NCBI RefSeq assembly: GCF_003334335.1
Contig: NZ_QOWQ01000020.1
Origin: Escherichia coli
Lineage (GTDB): Bacteria; Pseudomonadota; Gammaproteobacteria; Enterobacterales; Enterobacteriaceae
DNA: 64,000 nucleotides
Reading direction: 5' to 3' (one strand)
Part shown: positions 33,085-44,978 of the stretch, piece by piece
Layout: each line of letters starts with the position of its first letter
How positions within the stretch are numbered: the first letter of the stretch is position 1
Notes under the pieces: generated by a model
The model's input: the letters and a program-made list of their open reading frames with translations, nothing else
The model's database searches: none
Told to the model about the DNA's origin: nothing
Program-made: the position numbers and the translations under genes

Positions 33085-34331
33085 GCCCGCCTACGCCAGA
33101 GTAAAAACACGCCACAACAAAGAGAAAAATAGACGATATAAGTTGCCATATATGCCTGCGCCGCGCCCAGTGCACCATGCGCAGGGATTAGCCAGTGGGC
33201 AAATACCATCAATAAAGTGAACTGGCTGACTTCCGCCAGAATATAAAACCGCAGTGACGCTTTGGCGATCACCAGATAACCAAAGACATAAGCGCCCACT
33301 TTTAACACATCACCCACTAACTGCCAGGCAAAGAGATCGCGCATAGCGGTAAATTTATTCGACAACAGCAGCCAGATAGCAAAATCACGCAGCAGCCAGA
33401 CGGTAAAACTCGCCGCCGCCACTGCCGGTAAGACGAATTTCAGCGATTTAACCACTTCCCGGGTGATATCGCGCTTTTCCGTTAGCCGCGACAACGTGGG
33501 CAGCAAATATACGCTGAACGATGCCGTAATAAATTGCAGGTAGGCATCGGAAATACTGCTCACCCCTTGCCAGATCCCCACCTCATCCCAGCTATACTGC
33601 GCCGCCAGCAGTTTACGCATCATGATGTAAGCAACAGGCAAGGTCACCGACGTAATCAACGCCATGAGCGTAAATTTGCTCAACTGCCCTGCCAGACCGT
33701 TATCCCAGCTGGGTTTCAGATAGCTTAACGGGATGACACCACGTTTGATCAACATGATGGCGGCAGGAATTACCACCAGCGCGGGAATCAGCGCCAGACC
33801 CAGCAACGCCCCTTCATAACCGCCCAAACGGTAACTGACGTAGTACGCGAGAACGCCAATCAAGCTGCCGACAATCAGCGATAACGCATTACCTGCGGCA
33901 TCGCGAAAGCCTTTCATCAGCGCCAGTAACAGGTTGCCCCAGGCGATCCCCATTTGCACCAGCGCCACTAAACGCACCAGCCCCTGATAGTCGGTATTAC
34001 CAAACAATCCCTGGCTGATTGGCGCAGCTGCCAGCACAAAAACCAGCGCCATCAGCGTAGAGAAACCAAGTACCATCGCTGATGAAGTGCCGACCACGCG
34101 GCGCAGCTGTTGCGGATTATCATGGTACTGGGCAACGTATTTGGTTACACCGTTAAAGATGCCAGCCCCGGCAAGCACGCCGAGCACGGTAATCAACTGG
34201 CGGAAATTTGCCGCCAGCCCAAGCCCCGCCGGACCAAATGACACCGCCAGCAACTTACCGACCAGTAACCCGGCACCAATCTTGACCAGTGTACTGGCCG
34301 CCGTCCACAAGGACGCTTTTGCCAACGACAT
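33081..34331 (-). CDS. wzxE: ECA lipid III flippase
   Basis: 416-aa polytopic membrane ORF. Confidence 0.93.
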   Translation of the reverse strand: MSLAKASLWTAASTLVKIGAGLLVGKLLAVSFGPAGLGLAANFRQLITVLGVLAGAGIFNGVTKYVAQYHDNPQQLRRVVGTSSAMVLGFSTLMALVFVLAAAPISQGLFGNTDYQGLVRLVALVQMGIAWGNLLLALMKGFRDAAGNALSLIVGSLIGVLAYYVSYRLGGYEGALLGLALIPALVVIPAAIMLIKRGVIPLSYLKPSWDNGLAGQLSKFTLMALITSVTLPVAYIMMRKLLAAQYSWDEVGIWQGVSSISDAYLQFITASFSVYLLPTLSRLTEKRDITREVVKSLKFVLPAVAAASFTVWLLRDFAIWLLLSNKFTAMRDLFAWQLVGDVLKVGAYVFGYLVIAKASLRFYILAEVSQFTLLMVFAHWLIPAHGALGAAQAYMATYIVYFSLCCGVFLLWRRRA

Positions 34332-34332
34332 A

Positions 34333-35463
34333 TCAGGAAAAGTAGTTCAACAAAGTCGCAATTACCGTACGCTGATTGACGGGCGACAGGTTGTAGAACA
34401 GCGGCAGGCGCAGCAGGCGCTCGCTCTCTTTGGTGGTGTAGCGATCTTCACCGTGGAACTCACCAAAGTGTTCCCCCGCAGGGCAACCGTGCAGCGGAAT
34501 GTAATGAAACACCGCCATGATTTCCGCTTCTTTCAGAAAGTTAATCAACGCGCTCCGGTCATCAATATCCCGCAGTTTAATGTAGAACATATGCGCGTTC
34601 TGCACGCAGCCATCGGGAATCGACGGCAGCTCGATACGCCCGGCTTTCGCCAGAGGCGCTAACGCATCGTAGTAGTTTTGCCACAGCGCCAGACGTTGCT
34701 GGTTGATACGATCCGCTGCTTCCAGTTGCGCCCACAGGTATGCAGCTTGCAGATCGGACATCAAATAGCTGGAGCCAATATCGCGCCAGGTATATTTATC
34801 GACCTGACCACGGAAGAACTGGCTGCGGTTAGTGCCCTTTTCACGGATGATCTCGGCTCGTTCGATTAACGCTTTATCGTTAATCAGCGTCGCGCCGCCT
34901 TCACCGCCCGCCGTGTAGTTTTTGGTTTCATGGAAGCTAAAGCAGCCAATATGACCAATGGTTCCCAGTGCACGCCCTTTGTAAGTGGACATCACGCCCT
35001 GAGCGGCATCTTCTACCACAAACAAATTATGCTTTTTCGCCAACGCCATAATGGTGTCCATTTCGCAGGCCACACCCGCGTAATGGACCGGCACGATAAC
35101 GCGCGTTTTGTCGGTGATCGCCGCTTCAATCAGCGTTTCGTCGATGTTCATGGTGTCCGGGCGAACATCCACAAAAACGATTTTTGCGCCACGCAGCACA
35201 AAGGCATTGGCGGTGGAGACAAAGGTGTAGCTCGGCATGATCACTTCATCGCCAGGCTGGATATCGAGCAGCAGCGCCGCCATCTCCAGCGAAGCGGTGC
35301 AGGACGGCGTCAGTAACACTTTGGCGCTGCCAAAACGTTGCTCCAGCCACTGCTGGCAGCGACGGGTAAAACCGCCATCGCCACACAGTTTGCCGCTACC
35401 CATTGCCGACTGCATATAGTCGAGTTCGGTTCCCACCACCGGCGGTGCGTTAAATGGAATCAT
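34333..35463 (-). CDS. wecE: dTDP-4-dehydro-6-deoxyglucose aminotransferase (PLP-dependent, DegT family)
   Basis: 376-aa ORF MIPFNAPPVVGTELDYMQSAMGSGKLCGDG. Confidence 0.94.
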   Translation of the reverse strand: MIPFNAPPVVGTELDYMQSAMGSGKLCGDGGFTRRCQQWLEQRFGSAKVLLTPSCTASLEMAALLLDIQPGDEVIMPSYTFVSTANAFVLRGAKIVFVDVRPDTMNIDETLIEAAITDKTRVIVPVHYAGVACEMDTIMALAKKHNLFVVEDAAQGVMSTYKGRALGTIGHIGCFSFHETKNYTAGGEGGATLINDKALIERAEIIREKGTNRSQFFRGQVDKYTWRDIGSSYLMSDLQAAYLWAQLEAADRINQQRLALWQNYYDALAPLAKAGRIELPSIPDGCVQNAHMFYIKLRDIDDRSALINFLKEAEIMAVFHYIPLHGCPAGEHFGEFHGEDRYTTKESERLLRLPLFYNLSPVNQRTVIATLLNYFS

Positions 35464-35467
35464 GTGA

Positions 35468-36142
35468 TCACCTGTATAACCAGTACGCGGTGCTTTCTAC
35501 ATTCGCACCACTTTGTATGTATCGTTTAAGCGCGGCGGTGTTGCCCATTTGGGTCGCCACCCGCAAAGTTGTTTTACCGCGAGCATACGCCCAGTTTAGC
35601 GCCGTTTGCATCAGCTCAGCACCTGCACCGCGTCCAGCCAGCAGGCCAATTCGCGCATCTGTCGCATTGAGTTCCCGTAAAGAGACATAGCCGCGAATAT
35701 CGCCGGACGCCGCACGTAAAATCAGACATTGATGATCAAAGGTGCCGCGCACGGCATTTTCAATCCACTGTGCATAAAAGCGACTGCTGGCGTCAGGCGC
35801 ATACCACGGCGCACGAAAACGGCTTTGCGCAAATGCGGCGCTGGCTAACTGACGTAATGCGGGAATATCGGTCTCTTGTGCCACTACAGCACCGCTATCA
35901 CTGGCATTGTTCACGGGTAGCGCCAAATCAACTTCACCTTCTACCAGGGAGAATCCCAGCTGTTGCAGGGCATCCAGTTCACCCGTATTTGATGCCGCAA
36001 TTTTGGCCTGCACCCGTGACCACGGCGCTAACGCGTCTGGCGTCAGGAGCGGTGCTTCAGACGTAATGCGCACGATGGCGCTGTTAACACCAAAGAAGGC
36101 GTTTTCCCAGGTTAGTGGCTCAATACTGGCGCGGACGGGCAC
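35468..36142 (-). CDS. wecD: dTDP-fucosamine acetyltransferase (GNAT)
   Basis: 224-aa ORF; start overlaps the rffH 3' end by 23 nt. Confidence 0.88.
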
Positions 36143-37001
36143 GAAGTAACTCCAGCAGATATTGGCCGTAGCCAGTTTTCGCTAATGAACTGGCAGCACG
36201 CTTCACACCCTCGTCATCGAGCCAGCCGTTACGCCAGGCAATCTCTTCCAGGCAGGCAATCTTAAAGCCCTGGCGTTTTTCCACCGTCTGTACAAAGGTG
36301 CTGGCTTCAATCAGGCTGTCGTGAGTGCCGGTATCCAGCCAGGCAAATCCGCGCCCGAGCAGTTCAACGGTCAGGTTGCCCGCCTCGAGGTACATCTGGT
36401 TGATGGAGGTAATCTCCAGTTCACCACGCTCCGACGGCTTCACCTGCTTTGCGTACTCCACGACTTTACTGTCGTAGAAATAAAGCCCGGTCACCGCCCA
36501 GTTTGACTTCGGCTGTTTTGGCTTTTCTTCCAGCGAGATAGCGCGGAAATTGTCGTCAAACTCCACCACGCCAAAGCGTTCCGGGTCCATCACCTGATAG
36601 CCAAAAACCGTCGCCCCTTCGGTGCGCGCCGCAACATGACGCAGCTTCGGACTGAAGCCCTGACCGAAGAAGATGTTATCGCCCAGCACCAGACAAGAAG
36701 GTTCACCATTAAGGAAGGTTTCACCGATGATAAAGGCCTGCGCCAGACCGTCCGGGCTGGGCTGTTCGGCATATTCCAGCTGGATACCGAACTCACTACC
36801 ATCGCCCAGCAGGCGCTGGAAATAACCTTTATCTTCCGGCGTAGTGATGATGAGAATTTCGCGGATACCGGCCAGCATCAGCACCGACAGCGGATAGTAA
36901 ATCATTGGCTTATCGTAAATCGGCAACAGTTGCTTCGATACGCCGCGCGTAATCGGATGCAATCGGGTGCCGGAACCGCCCGCCAGGATAATACCTTTCA
37001 T
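36120..37001 (-). CDS. rffH: glucose-1-phosphate thymidylyltransferase
   Basis: 293-aa [21 protein letters not shown] (nucleotidyltransferase signature). Confidence 0.95.
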
Positions 37002-37019
37002 GTTTGCCTCCGCTGAAAA

Positions 37020-38087
37020 TTAGCCTTTCAGACCTAAACGCTCGCCCTGATAGCTGCCGTCCTGCACCTGCTTCCACCAGCTTTCATTCGCCAGATACCA
37101 CTGAACCGTTTTACGCATTCCACTTTCAAAGGTTTCCTGCGGCAGCCAGCCAAGTTCACGGGCAATTTTCGAAGCATCAATGGCATAACGCAGATCATGC
37201 CCCGGACGGTCAGCGACAAAGGTGATCAGGTCACGATAGTGCGCCACGCCGTGCGGCTTGTTCGGAGCCAGTTCTTCCAGCAGCTCGCAAATGGTTTCCA
37301 CAACATCGAGATTCTTACGCTCGTTGTGACCACCAATATTATAGGTTTCACCGACTTTCCCGGTGGTCGCCACGCAATACAGCGCGCGGGCGTGATCTTC
37401 CACATACAGCCAGTCACGGATTTGCTGCCCGTTGCCATATACCGGCAGCGATTTACCCGCCAGCGCGTTGAGGATCATCAGCGGGATCAGTTTTTCCGGA
37501 AAGTGGTAAGGGCCGTAGTTATTCGAGCAGTTGGTGATAAGCGTCGGCAGACCATAGGTCCGCAGCCAGGCGCGCACCAGATGGTCGCTGCTGGCTTTTG
37601 ACGCGGAATAAGGGCTGCTCGGCGCATACGGCGTGGTTTCGGTGAAGAAATCATCCGTCGAGTGCAGGTCACCATATACTTCGTCAGTGGAGATATGATG
37701 AAAACGGAACGCTGATTTTTTATCTTCCGTCAGCGCATTCCAGTAAGCCCGCGCCGCTTCAAGCAATGTATAAGTCCCGACAATGTTGGTTTCAATAAAC
37801 GCTGCCGGGCCGTCAATAGAACGGTCAACATGGCTTTCGGCTGCCAGATGCATGACACAGTCTGGCTGATGCTCAGTGAATACGCGTGCCAGTTCTGCCC
37901 GATCGCAGATATCAACTTTCTCAAAGGCAAAGCGCTCGCTTTGCGCGACCGGTGCCAGCGACATCAGGTTTCCGGCGTAGGTCAGCTTATCGACCACTAC
38001 CACCGCGTCGCTCGTTTCGTTGATGATATAACGCACCAGCGCCGAGCCAATAAACCCGGCACCACCTGTTATCAGAATTTTTCTCAT
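37020..38087 (-). CDS. rffG: dTDP-glucose 4,6-dehydratase
   Basis: 355-aa [23 protein letters not shown] (NAD-binding GxxGxxG). Confidence 0.95.
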
Positions 38088-39349
38088 CAGCGCCAGACTC
38101 CTTTGGCATCGACGACATACTGCTGATGGACATTGTCGCCATTGATAACTTTGAACTGACTATGATCGACCAGCATCACCAGCACGTCTGCCGTTGCCAG
38201 CGCCTCGTCAAGCTGCGCCAGAGTACAAAGCCCGGTCAGTTTTTTCGGCAACTGGTGGATGTTAGGCTCAACAACCAGAGTTTCGCCGCTATGCCACTGG
38301 GCGATCAGTTCAGCGATTTCCATCGCCGGGCTTTCGCGCAGGTCATCAATATTCGGTTTAAACGCCAGACCAAAGCAGGCGATTTTCAGTTCACTGGCGC
38401 GTTTATCGGTAGCCGCCAGGCAATCAGCCACCGCCGCTTTCACCTGATCGATAACCCAGAACGGTTTGTGATCGTTCACTTCGCGCGCGGTACGGATAAG
38501 CCGCGCCTGCTGGGGGTTCTGTGCCACGATAAACCACGGATCAACAGCAATGCAGTGACCGCCCACGCCAGGGCCAGGCTGAAGAATATTAACGCGAGGG
38601 TGACGATTCGCCAGGCGAATCAGTTCCCAGACGTTAATCCCCTGATCGGCACAAATCAGCGACAATTCATTAGCAAAAGCGATATTCACATCGCGGAAGC
38701 TGTTTTCGGTGAGCTTACACATTTCCGCCGTCCGCGAGTTAGTGACGACACACTCACCTTCGAGGAAAATTTTGTACAGTTCGCTGGCGCGGGCCGAACA
38801 AACCGGCGTCATACCACCAATCACGCGATCGTTTTTAATCAGCTCGACCATTACCTGTCCTGGTAACACGCGTTCCGGGCAGTAAGCAATGTTGACGTCC
38901 GCCTGCTCGCCCACCTGCTGCGGGAAAGTGAGATCCGGACGCATCTCTGCTAACCATTCTGCCATCTTCTCGGTTGACCCCACCGGCGAGGTGGATTCAA
39001 GGATCACCAGCGCGCCTTTTTTCAGCACTGGCGCAATGGAGCGAGCAGCCGATTCAACGTAGGTCATATCTGGCTCATGATCGCCCTTAAACGGCGTGGG
39101 TACAGCAATCAGCCAGGCATCCGCTTCAACTGGCGTCGTGCTCGCTCGTAAAAAACCGCCTTCTACGGCAGTTTTTACTACACTCGCCAAATCAGGTTCG
39201 ACGATATGGATTTCGCCACGATTGATGGTATCAACCGCATGTTGGTTGATATCGACACCAATTACCTGTTTTTGCCGTGAGGCAAACGCTGCTGCCGTTG
39301 GCAGCCCGATATAACCCAGTCCGATAACAGAAATGGTCGCAAAACTCAT
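38087..39349 (-). CDS. wecC: UDP-N-acetyl-D-mannosamine dehydrogenase
   Basis: 420-aa [26 protein letters not shown]. Confidence 0.95.
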
Positions 39350-40476
39350 AGTGATATCCGATTATTTTTTAACGCTTCCAGAATGCGAGAGCATGCCTGA
39401 CCATCACCATACGGGTTATGGGCGCGGCTCATAGCTTGATATTCGTTTTCGTCTTTTAAAAGACGCGTCACTTCCTCGACAATTCGCTGCTTATCCGTGC
39501 CTACCAGACGCACCGTACCCGCCGTCACCGCTTCCGGACGCTCAGTGGTATCGCGCATCACCAGCACAGGTTTCCCCAGCGAAGGCGCTTCTTCCTGAAT
39601 GCCGCCTGAGTCGGTCAAAATCAGCCAGGCGTGGTTCATCAGCCAGACAAACGGTAAATACTCCTGGGGATCGATCAGAATGACATTTTTCACATGCCCC
39701 AGAATGCGATTGACCGGCTCTCTGACGTTCGGGTTGAGATGCACCGGATAGACAATCTGGATGTCCTGGTGCGTGGTGGCGATGTCTGCCAGCGCGTGGC
39801 AGATTTCTTCAAAGCCACGACCGAAACTCTCACGCCTGTGACCGGTCACCAGAATCATCTTTTTATCGGGGTCGATAAACGGGTAATTTGCCGCCAGTTC
39901 TGAACGCAGCTTGTCGCTGCTCATCACCTGGTCACGCACCCATAACAGTGCATCAATGACTGTATTACCGGTAATGAAGATTCGGCTATCCGCAACGTTT
40001 TCACGCAGCAAGTTTTGCCGGGAAGTTTCGGTTGGAGAGAAGTGATACATCGCCAGATGCCCGGTCAATGTACGGTTAGCCTCTTCCGGCCACGGCGAAT
40101 AGAGATCGCCCGTGCGCAGACCAGCCTCAACGTGACCAACAGGAATACGCTGATAAAACGCCGCCAGGCTGGTTGCCAGCGTCGTCGTCGTATCGCCGTG
40201 AACCAGCACGACGTCTGGTTTGAACTCGGCAAGAATAGGTTTTAGCCCTTCCAGAATCCGACAGGTTATCTCTGTCAGGCCCTGTCCTGGCTGCATTATG
40301 TTGAGATCGTAGTCAGGTACAATGGAAAAGAGTTTCAGCACCTGATCGAGCATCTCCCGATGCTGCGCAGTGACGCAAACTTTAGCCTCAAAAAAAGGAT
40401 CTTTTGCCAACGCATGCACCAACGGCGCCATCTTGATGGCTTCCGGGCGCGTACCAAATACAGTCAGTACTTTCAC
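39346..40476 (-). CDS. wecB: UDP-N-acetylglucosamine 2-epimerase
   Basis: Track ORF 390 aa; known 376-aa protein starts (M)[17 protein letters not shown] at GTG 40474-40476. Confidence 0.94.
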   Translation of the reverse strand: MKVLTVFGTRPEAIKMAPLVHALAKDPFFEAKVCVTAQHREMLDQVLKLFSIVPDYDLNIMQPGQGLTEITCRILEGLKPILAEFKPDVVLVHGDTTTTLATSLAAFYQRIPVGHVEAGLRTGDLYSPWPEEANRTLTGHLAMYHFSPTETSRQNLLRENVADSRIFITGNTVIDALLWVRDQVMSSDKLRSELAANYPFIDPDKKMILVTGHRRESFGRGFEEICHALADIATTHQDIQIVYPVHLNPNVREPVNRILGHVKNVILIDPQEYLPFVWLMNHAWLILTDSGGIQEEAPSLGKPVLVMRDTTERPEAVTAGTVRLVGTDKQRIVEEVTRLLKDENEYQAMSRAHNPYGDGQACSRILEALKNNRISL

Positions 40477-40531
40477 ATCGATTCTCTTCGAATAAGCGGC
40501 GAGCGCCTTTGCGCTCACCGCAGCAGTGTTG

Positions 40532-41578
40532 CTATTTCGAGCAACGGCGGGTTAATGCGACACCAGCCCCGATCAGCCCCCCGACAATGCCCCACATAAT
40601 CATCAGGAAGGCACGACGTGGGCTATCGCGTTTTACCGGTTCTTCCGGCGTACGCAAATAGCGATAGGTCTGAAAACGCGGATCCAGGGTTGGACCAACA
40701 TTCAGGGTGTTTAACATGGCCCGATTCTGATCATAGTCGAGATCAAAGGCCGGACCGACGGCCTGTAAATTTTCCAGTCGAGCCTGAAGCATTGGACGCC
40801 CAAGCAGGAACATTTCTGAATCAGGTAATTCCTCGGCAGGTACATCTGTCGCACTGCGCGAAATATTATGCTGCTCAGCAATTTTCAGCGCCTGCTCAAT
40901 GCTGTTCATCCGGCGGTCGTAGATGGCTTTCGCCACCTCTTCCTGACGCTTCACCTGAGCTTTCATCTGGATGGTACGCGCCGCCCATGCGCCTTTCAGC
41001 TCATCATTCAGATGGCTGGCTGCACGCTGGCTGGCAAAAGCAACATACTGACGTAACAGGTTATTAGCGTCAGGCGCGGTTTCGGCAATAAGCTTCACGC
41101 TGTCATTGACCGCGCGGGTAAAGTCTCCGGGGATAAACTGGATGTTGTTAATCATTTCATCCAGCAACGCCGCATCGGCTTTGCTGTTGCCCACCATCCG
41201 CTGTTTGTAATAGTCGGTTTGCAGCCAGAACTCTCTGCGGGTATCCCACGAGGCCAGTTGCATAACAAACTCTTTATAGGCTTCGTCCATGACCGATGGT
41301 TGGTCGGCAGAAGCCATGTTTGAACGGACATCCAGGTTACGCAAAAATTGCTGCTGCGAGTAATATCCCCCCAGCATATTCACCGTTGGACGATCGGTAA
41401 TCGCCGTCGAGCTCCACTCCTGACGAGCAAAAAACGTATACGCCAGCGCGATTAACGCAAACGCCAGCCCCATGCCAATAATCCATAGCTTCCCAGCCCA
41501 CAAGGTACGAAACAACCCACGAATATCCAGTTCATTTTCAGCGTCTTCGGCCGGTTTCCCAGGCATTGGTTGTGTCAT
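40532..41578 (-). CDS. wzzE: ECA chain-length modulation protein
   Basis: Track ORF 349 aa (MMTQPMPG); second Met taken as start. Confidence 0.93.
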   Translation of the reverse strand: MTQPMPGKPAEDAENELDIRGLFRTLWAGKLWIIGMGLAFALIALAYTFFARQEWSSTAITDRPTVNMLGGYYSQQQFLRNLDVRSNMASADQPSVMDEAYKEFVMQLASWDTRREFWLQTDYYKQRMVGNSKADAALLDEMINNIQFIPGDFTRAVNDSVKLIAETAPDANNLLRQYVAFASQRAASHLNDELKGAWAARTIQMKAQVKRQEEVAKAIYDRRMNSIEQALKIAEQHNISRSATDVPAEELPDSEMFLLGRPMLQARLENLQAVGPAFDLDYDQNRAMLNTLNVGPTLDPRFQTYRYLRTPEEPVKRDSPRRAFLMIMWGIVGGLIGAGVALTRRCSK

Positions 41579-41589
41579 CACATCCTCAT

Positions 41590-42693
41590 TTATTTGGTTA
41601 AATTGGGGCTGCCACCACGATTTCTACGCAGTCTGCGTTTTACGCGCTTAATAAAGCGAGCAACTTTCCAGGCACGCTTAATGCAATATCCATAGAGGAA
41701 GAATGCTAGCAAAAAGAGCACCAGCATGACCCACTCCGGGACAAAATGAGAATATTCTGCCAGCACGCCAATGGAAGCGAGCAGTGCTGCGGCAAGGGTA
41801 ATCAGCACAAACGCCTGACGGGAAGTAAACCCGGCACGCATGATCAAATGGTGAATATGCTGACGGTCAGGAGAGAATGGGCTCATGCCTTTACGCAGGC
41901 GACGGTACATAATCGCCACCATATCCATTAGCGGAATGGCGATTATCCACAAAGCGGTAACCGGGCTGATGGGATGGGTTTTGCCCTGGGTCGTTTCGAG
42001 CAGGATCCAGATAACGGTAAAACCAATCAGCGTACTGCCCGCATCACCCATAAAGACTTTGTAGCGGCGACCCAGGATACCAAGGTTAAGCATGATGTAT
42101 GGCAGGATGGCGGCGATCATCGCAAAGCACCAGATTGCGAGGCTGGTTTGCCCGTCGAACCACAAAATCATACCGATTGCTGCAAACGAGACGCAGGACA
42201 ACCCGCCCAGCAAGCCATCAATGCCATCAACCATGTTGAACGCATTAATGGCCGCCCAGACGGCAAATAGCGTCAGGAAGTAACCAAACGGTCCGAGCAC
42301 CATCTCCCAGGAGCCAAAGATATAACCCAGGCTACTGAGATAAAGCTTGCCGAACACCATCATAACAATGCCAACAGCGGCCTGTATGGTGGCACGGATT
42401 TTTACGCTGATATCAAAACGGTCATCCAGCGCGCCAATGAAAACAAGCACACCGGCACAAGCGAGATAGAGAGATGCATGCGGAATATAGTAATCGACAA
42501 TTCCGAACGTGAAGCAAATCCCTGCGTAAACCGAAATCCCCCCAACGAGAGGTATCAATCCCTGGTGACGTTTGCGGAAGTTTGGTTTATCCACTAAACC
42601 GACTTTTTTTGCCACCTTACGGGCAAAAAACAGAAACAGTGTCGTGAATAAAAAAATACTGATGAGATCAGTACTCACTGTCAGTAAATTCAC
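41590..42693 (-). CDS. wecA: UDP-GlcNAc:undecaprenyl-phosphate GlcNAc-1-phosphate transferase
   Basis: 367-aa polytopic ORF MNLLTVSTDLISIFLFTTLFLFFARK. Confidence 0.95.
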   Translation of the reverse strand: MNLLTVSTDLISIFLFTTLFLFFARKVAKKVGLVDKPNFRKRHQGLIPLVGGISVYAGICFTFGIVDYYIPHASLYLACAGVLVFIGALDDRFDISVKIRATIQAAVGIVMMVFGKLYLSSLGYIFGSWEMVLGPFGYFLTLFAVWAAINAFNMVDGIDGLLGGLSCVSFAAIGMILWFDGQTSLAIWCFAMIAAILPYIMLNLGILGRRYKVFMGDAGSTLIGFTVIWILLETTQGKTHPISPVTALWIIAIPLMDMVAIMYRRLRKGMSPFSPDRQHIHHLIMRAGFTSRQAFVLITLAAALLASIGVLAEYSHFVPEWVMLVLFLLAFFLYGYCIKRAWKVARFIKRVKRRLRRNRGGSPNLTK

Positions 42694-42875
42694 AATGCAT
42701 GCTCTCAGAGAAAATTATTAGCAGAAGTATAACCACGAAGACCTTTATTCAGAAGGGAAAGTCCGTTCCAAACCCACCAGTCCTGTGCAAAAATTAACCA
42801 TTTGATATGCAAATTGCATAACATGCCAGCAAATTCCAGGAATTTTCCTAACATCGCCAGCGCGGCATTAAGATT

Positions 42876-42916
42876 ACAGATATAAAAGCAAAACGCCACG
42901 TAAACACGTGGCGTTT
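42876..42916 (-). terminator. rho-independent terminator after rho
   Basis: AAACGCCACGT-AAAC-ACGTGGCGTTT hairpin followed on minus strand by TGCTTTTATATCTG. Confidence 0.7.
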
Positions 42917-42932
42917 TTGGCATAAGACAAAT

Positions 42933-44192
42933 TTATGAGCGTTTCATCATTTCGAAGAAATCGTCATTGGTCTTGGTCATTGCCAGTTTATTAATGAGGA
43001 ATTCCATTGCATCGATTTCGCCCATCGGGTGAATGATTTTGCGCAGGATCCACATTTTCTGCAGTTCTTCCTGAGTCGTGAGCAGCTCTTCTTTACGGGT
43101 ACCAGAACGGTTGTAGTCGATAGCCGGGAAGACGCGTTTTTCAGCGATCTTACGAGAGAGGTGCAGTTCCATGTTGCCTGTACCTTTAAACTCTTCGTAG
43201 ATAACTTCGTCCATTTTAGAACCGGTATCGATAAGCGCCGTCGCGATAATGGTCAGGCTGCCGCCCTCTTCCACGTTACGCGCCGCACCAAAGAAGCGTT
43301 TCGGACGATGCAGGGCGTTGGCATCCACACCACCGGTCAACACTTTACCTGACGCCGGAACAACGGTGTTGTAAGCGCGCGCCAGACGAGTGATGGAGTC
43401 GAGCAGAATGATAACGTCTTTCTTGTGCTCAACCAGGCGTTTGGCCTTCTCGATCACCATTTCCGCAACCTGAACGTGGCGAGATGCGGGTTCGTCAAAG
43501 GTAGAAGCAACAACTTCACCTTTTACCAGACGCTGCATCTCGGTTACTTCTTCCGGACGTTCGTCGATCAGCAGAACCATCAGCACACAATCCGGGTGGT
43601 TGTAAGCAATGCTCTGAGCAATGTTCTGCAGCAGCATGGTTTTACCGGCTTTCGGCGGTGCCACAATCAGACCACGCTGACCACGACCGATAGGTGATGC
43701 CAGATCCAGTACGCGAGCAGTTAAATCTTCAGTAGAACCGTTACCACGTTCCATACGCAGACGAGAGTTTGCGTGCAGCGGGGTTAAGTTCTCAAAGAGG
43801 ATTTTGTTGCGGGCGTTTTCAGGTTTGTCGAAGTTAACTTCGTTAACTTTCAGCAGCGCAAAATAGCGTTCACCTTCTTTCGGCGGGCGAATCTTACCAG
43901 AGATGGTATCACCAGTGCGGAGGTTGAAACGGCGGATTTGGCTAGGGGAAACGTAGATGTCATCAGGACCGGCGAGGTAGGAGCTGTCTGCGGAACGGAG
44001 GAAACCAAATCCATCCTGCAATATCTCCAGTACGCCATCACCAAAGATATCTTCGCCACTCTTTGCGTGCTGCTTCAGGATGGCAAAAATAATGTCCTGC
44101 TTACGCATACGAGCCAGGTTTTCCAGCCCCATATTTTCGCCGAGAGTGATCAGCTCAGAAACCGGCGTATTCTTTAATTCGGTAAGATTCAT
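42933..44192 (-). CDS. rho: transcription termination factor Rho
   Basis: Track ORF 443 aa; known 419-aa protein starts [25 protein letters not shown] (ATG 44190-44192). Confidence 0.98.
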
Positions 44193-44276
44193 AGTGGTGT
44201 GAGTTCTTAAACTTGGGGTAAATCTCGAACTTAATGTTGTGAATGGTATGGCAGGATCATCCATGCCTGTTTACGG

Positions 44277-44378
44277 TCATCGACTCATGTCTTTTCGCTG
44301 CCTGGTCACAGGAGAGTACGCAGAACTGAAACGACAAGACGGATTGAGTGACGAGCCAGAAATCTGTTCACTTCGCAT
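44277..44378 (-). CDS. rhoL: rho operon leader peptide
   Basis: 33-codon minus-strand ORF MRSEQISGSSLNPSCRFSSAYSPVTRQRKDMSR upstream of rho. Confidence 0.8.
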   Translation of the reverse strand: MRSEQISGSSLNPSCRFSSAYSPVTRQRKDMSR

Positions 44379-44518
44379 TTAAGATAAAACGGGAAGCGTT
44401 GGAAATTACAAGATTCAAACTTAATAAGGTATGTTTAATACGAAGTCAACACTAAGTTAGCATGACTCACGCCGGGCGTCCAGTTTTTAGCGACGGGGCA
44501 CCCGAACATGAAATTCCC

Positions 44519-44848
44519 TTACGCCAGGTTAGCGTCGAGGAACTCTTTCAACTGACCTTTAGACAGTGCACCCACTTTGGTTGCCGCCACTTCACCGTTT
44601 TTGAACAGCAGCAGAGTCGGGATACCACGGATGCCATATTTCGGCGCAGTGCCAGGGTTTTGATCGATGTTCAGTTTTGCAACGGTCAGTTTGCCCTGAT
44701 ATTCGTCAGCGATTTCATCCAGAATCGGGGCGATCATTTTGCACGGACCGCACCACTCTGCCCAGAAATCGACGAGGATCGCCCCGTCCGCTTTGAGTAC
44801 ATCCGTGTCAAAACTGTCGTCAGTCAGGTGAATAATTTTATCGCTCAT
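44519..44848 (-). CDS. trxA: thioredoxin 1
   Basis: Track ORF 144 aa; known 109-aa protein starts [18 protein letters not shown] with WCGPC active site (ATG 44846-44848). Confidence 0.98.
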
Positions 44849-44978
44849 ATATAACTCCACAGGAATAAGCCTGGCGTGTTGGTTTCGTTGTTGGTGTAAC
44901 ATTAACCAACTAAAGGTTGACTTTATTTCACCGGATACGCTTTCGTAAAGCAATAGTAAGCTGATATTCTACCACACT

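Noticed and set aside
29913-42693. ECA polysaccharide cluster as a candidate horizontally acquired or defence island
   Set aside because: It is the conserved enterobacterial common antigen locus in canonical gene order between rho and yifK, with host-like composition and no flanking mobility genes.
42705-42923. 72-aa minus-strand ORF between rho and wecA
   Set aside because: Sits in the rho terminator / wecA promoter region; no SD and no homology recognised; rho and wecA boundaries are well defined without it.
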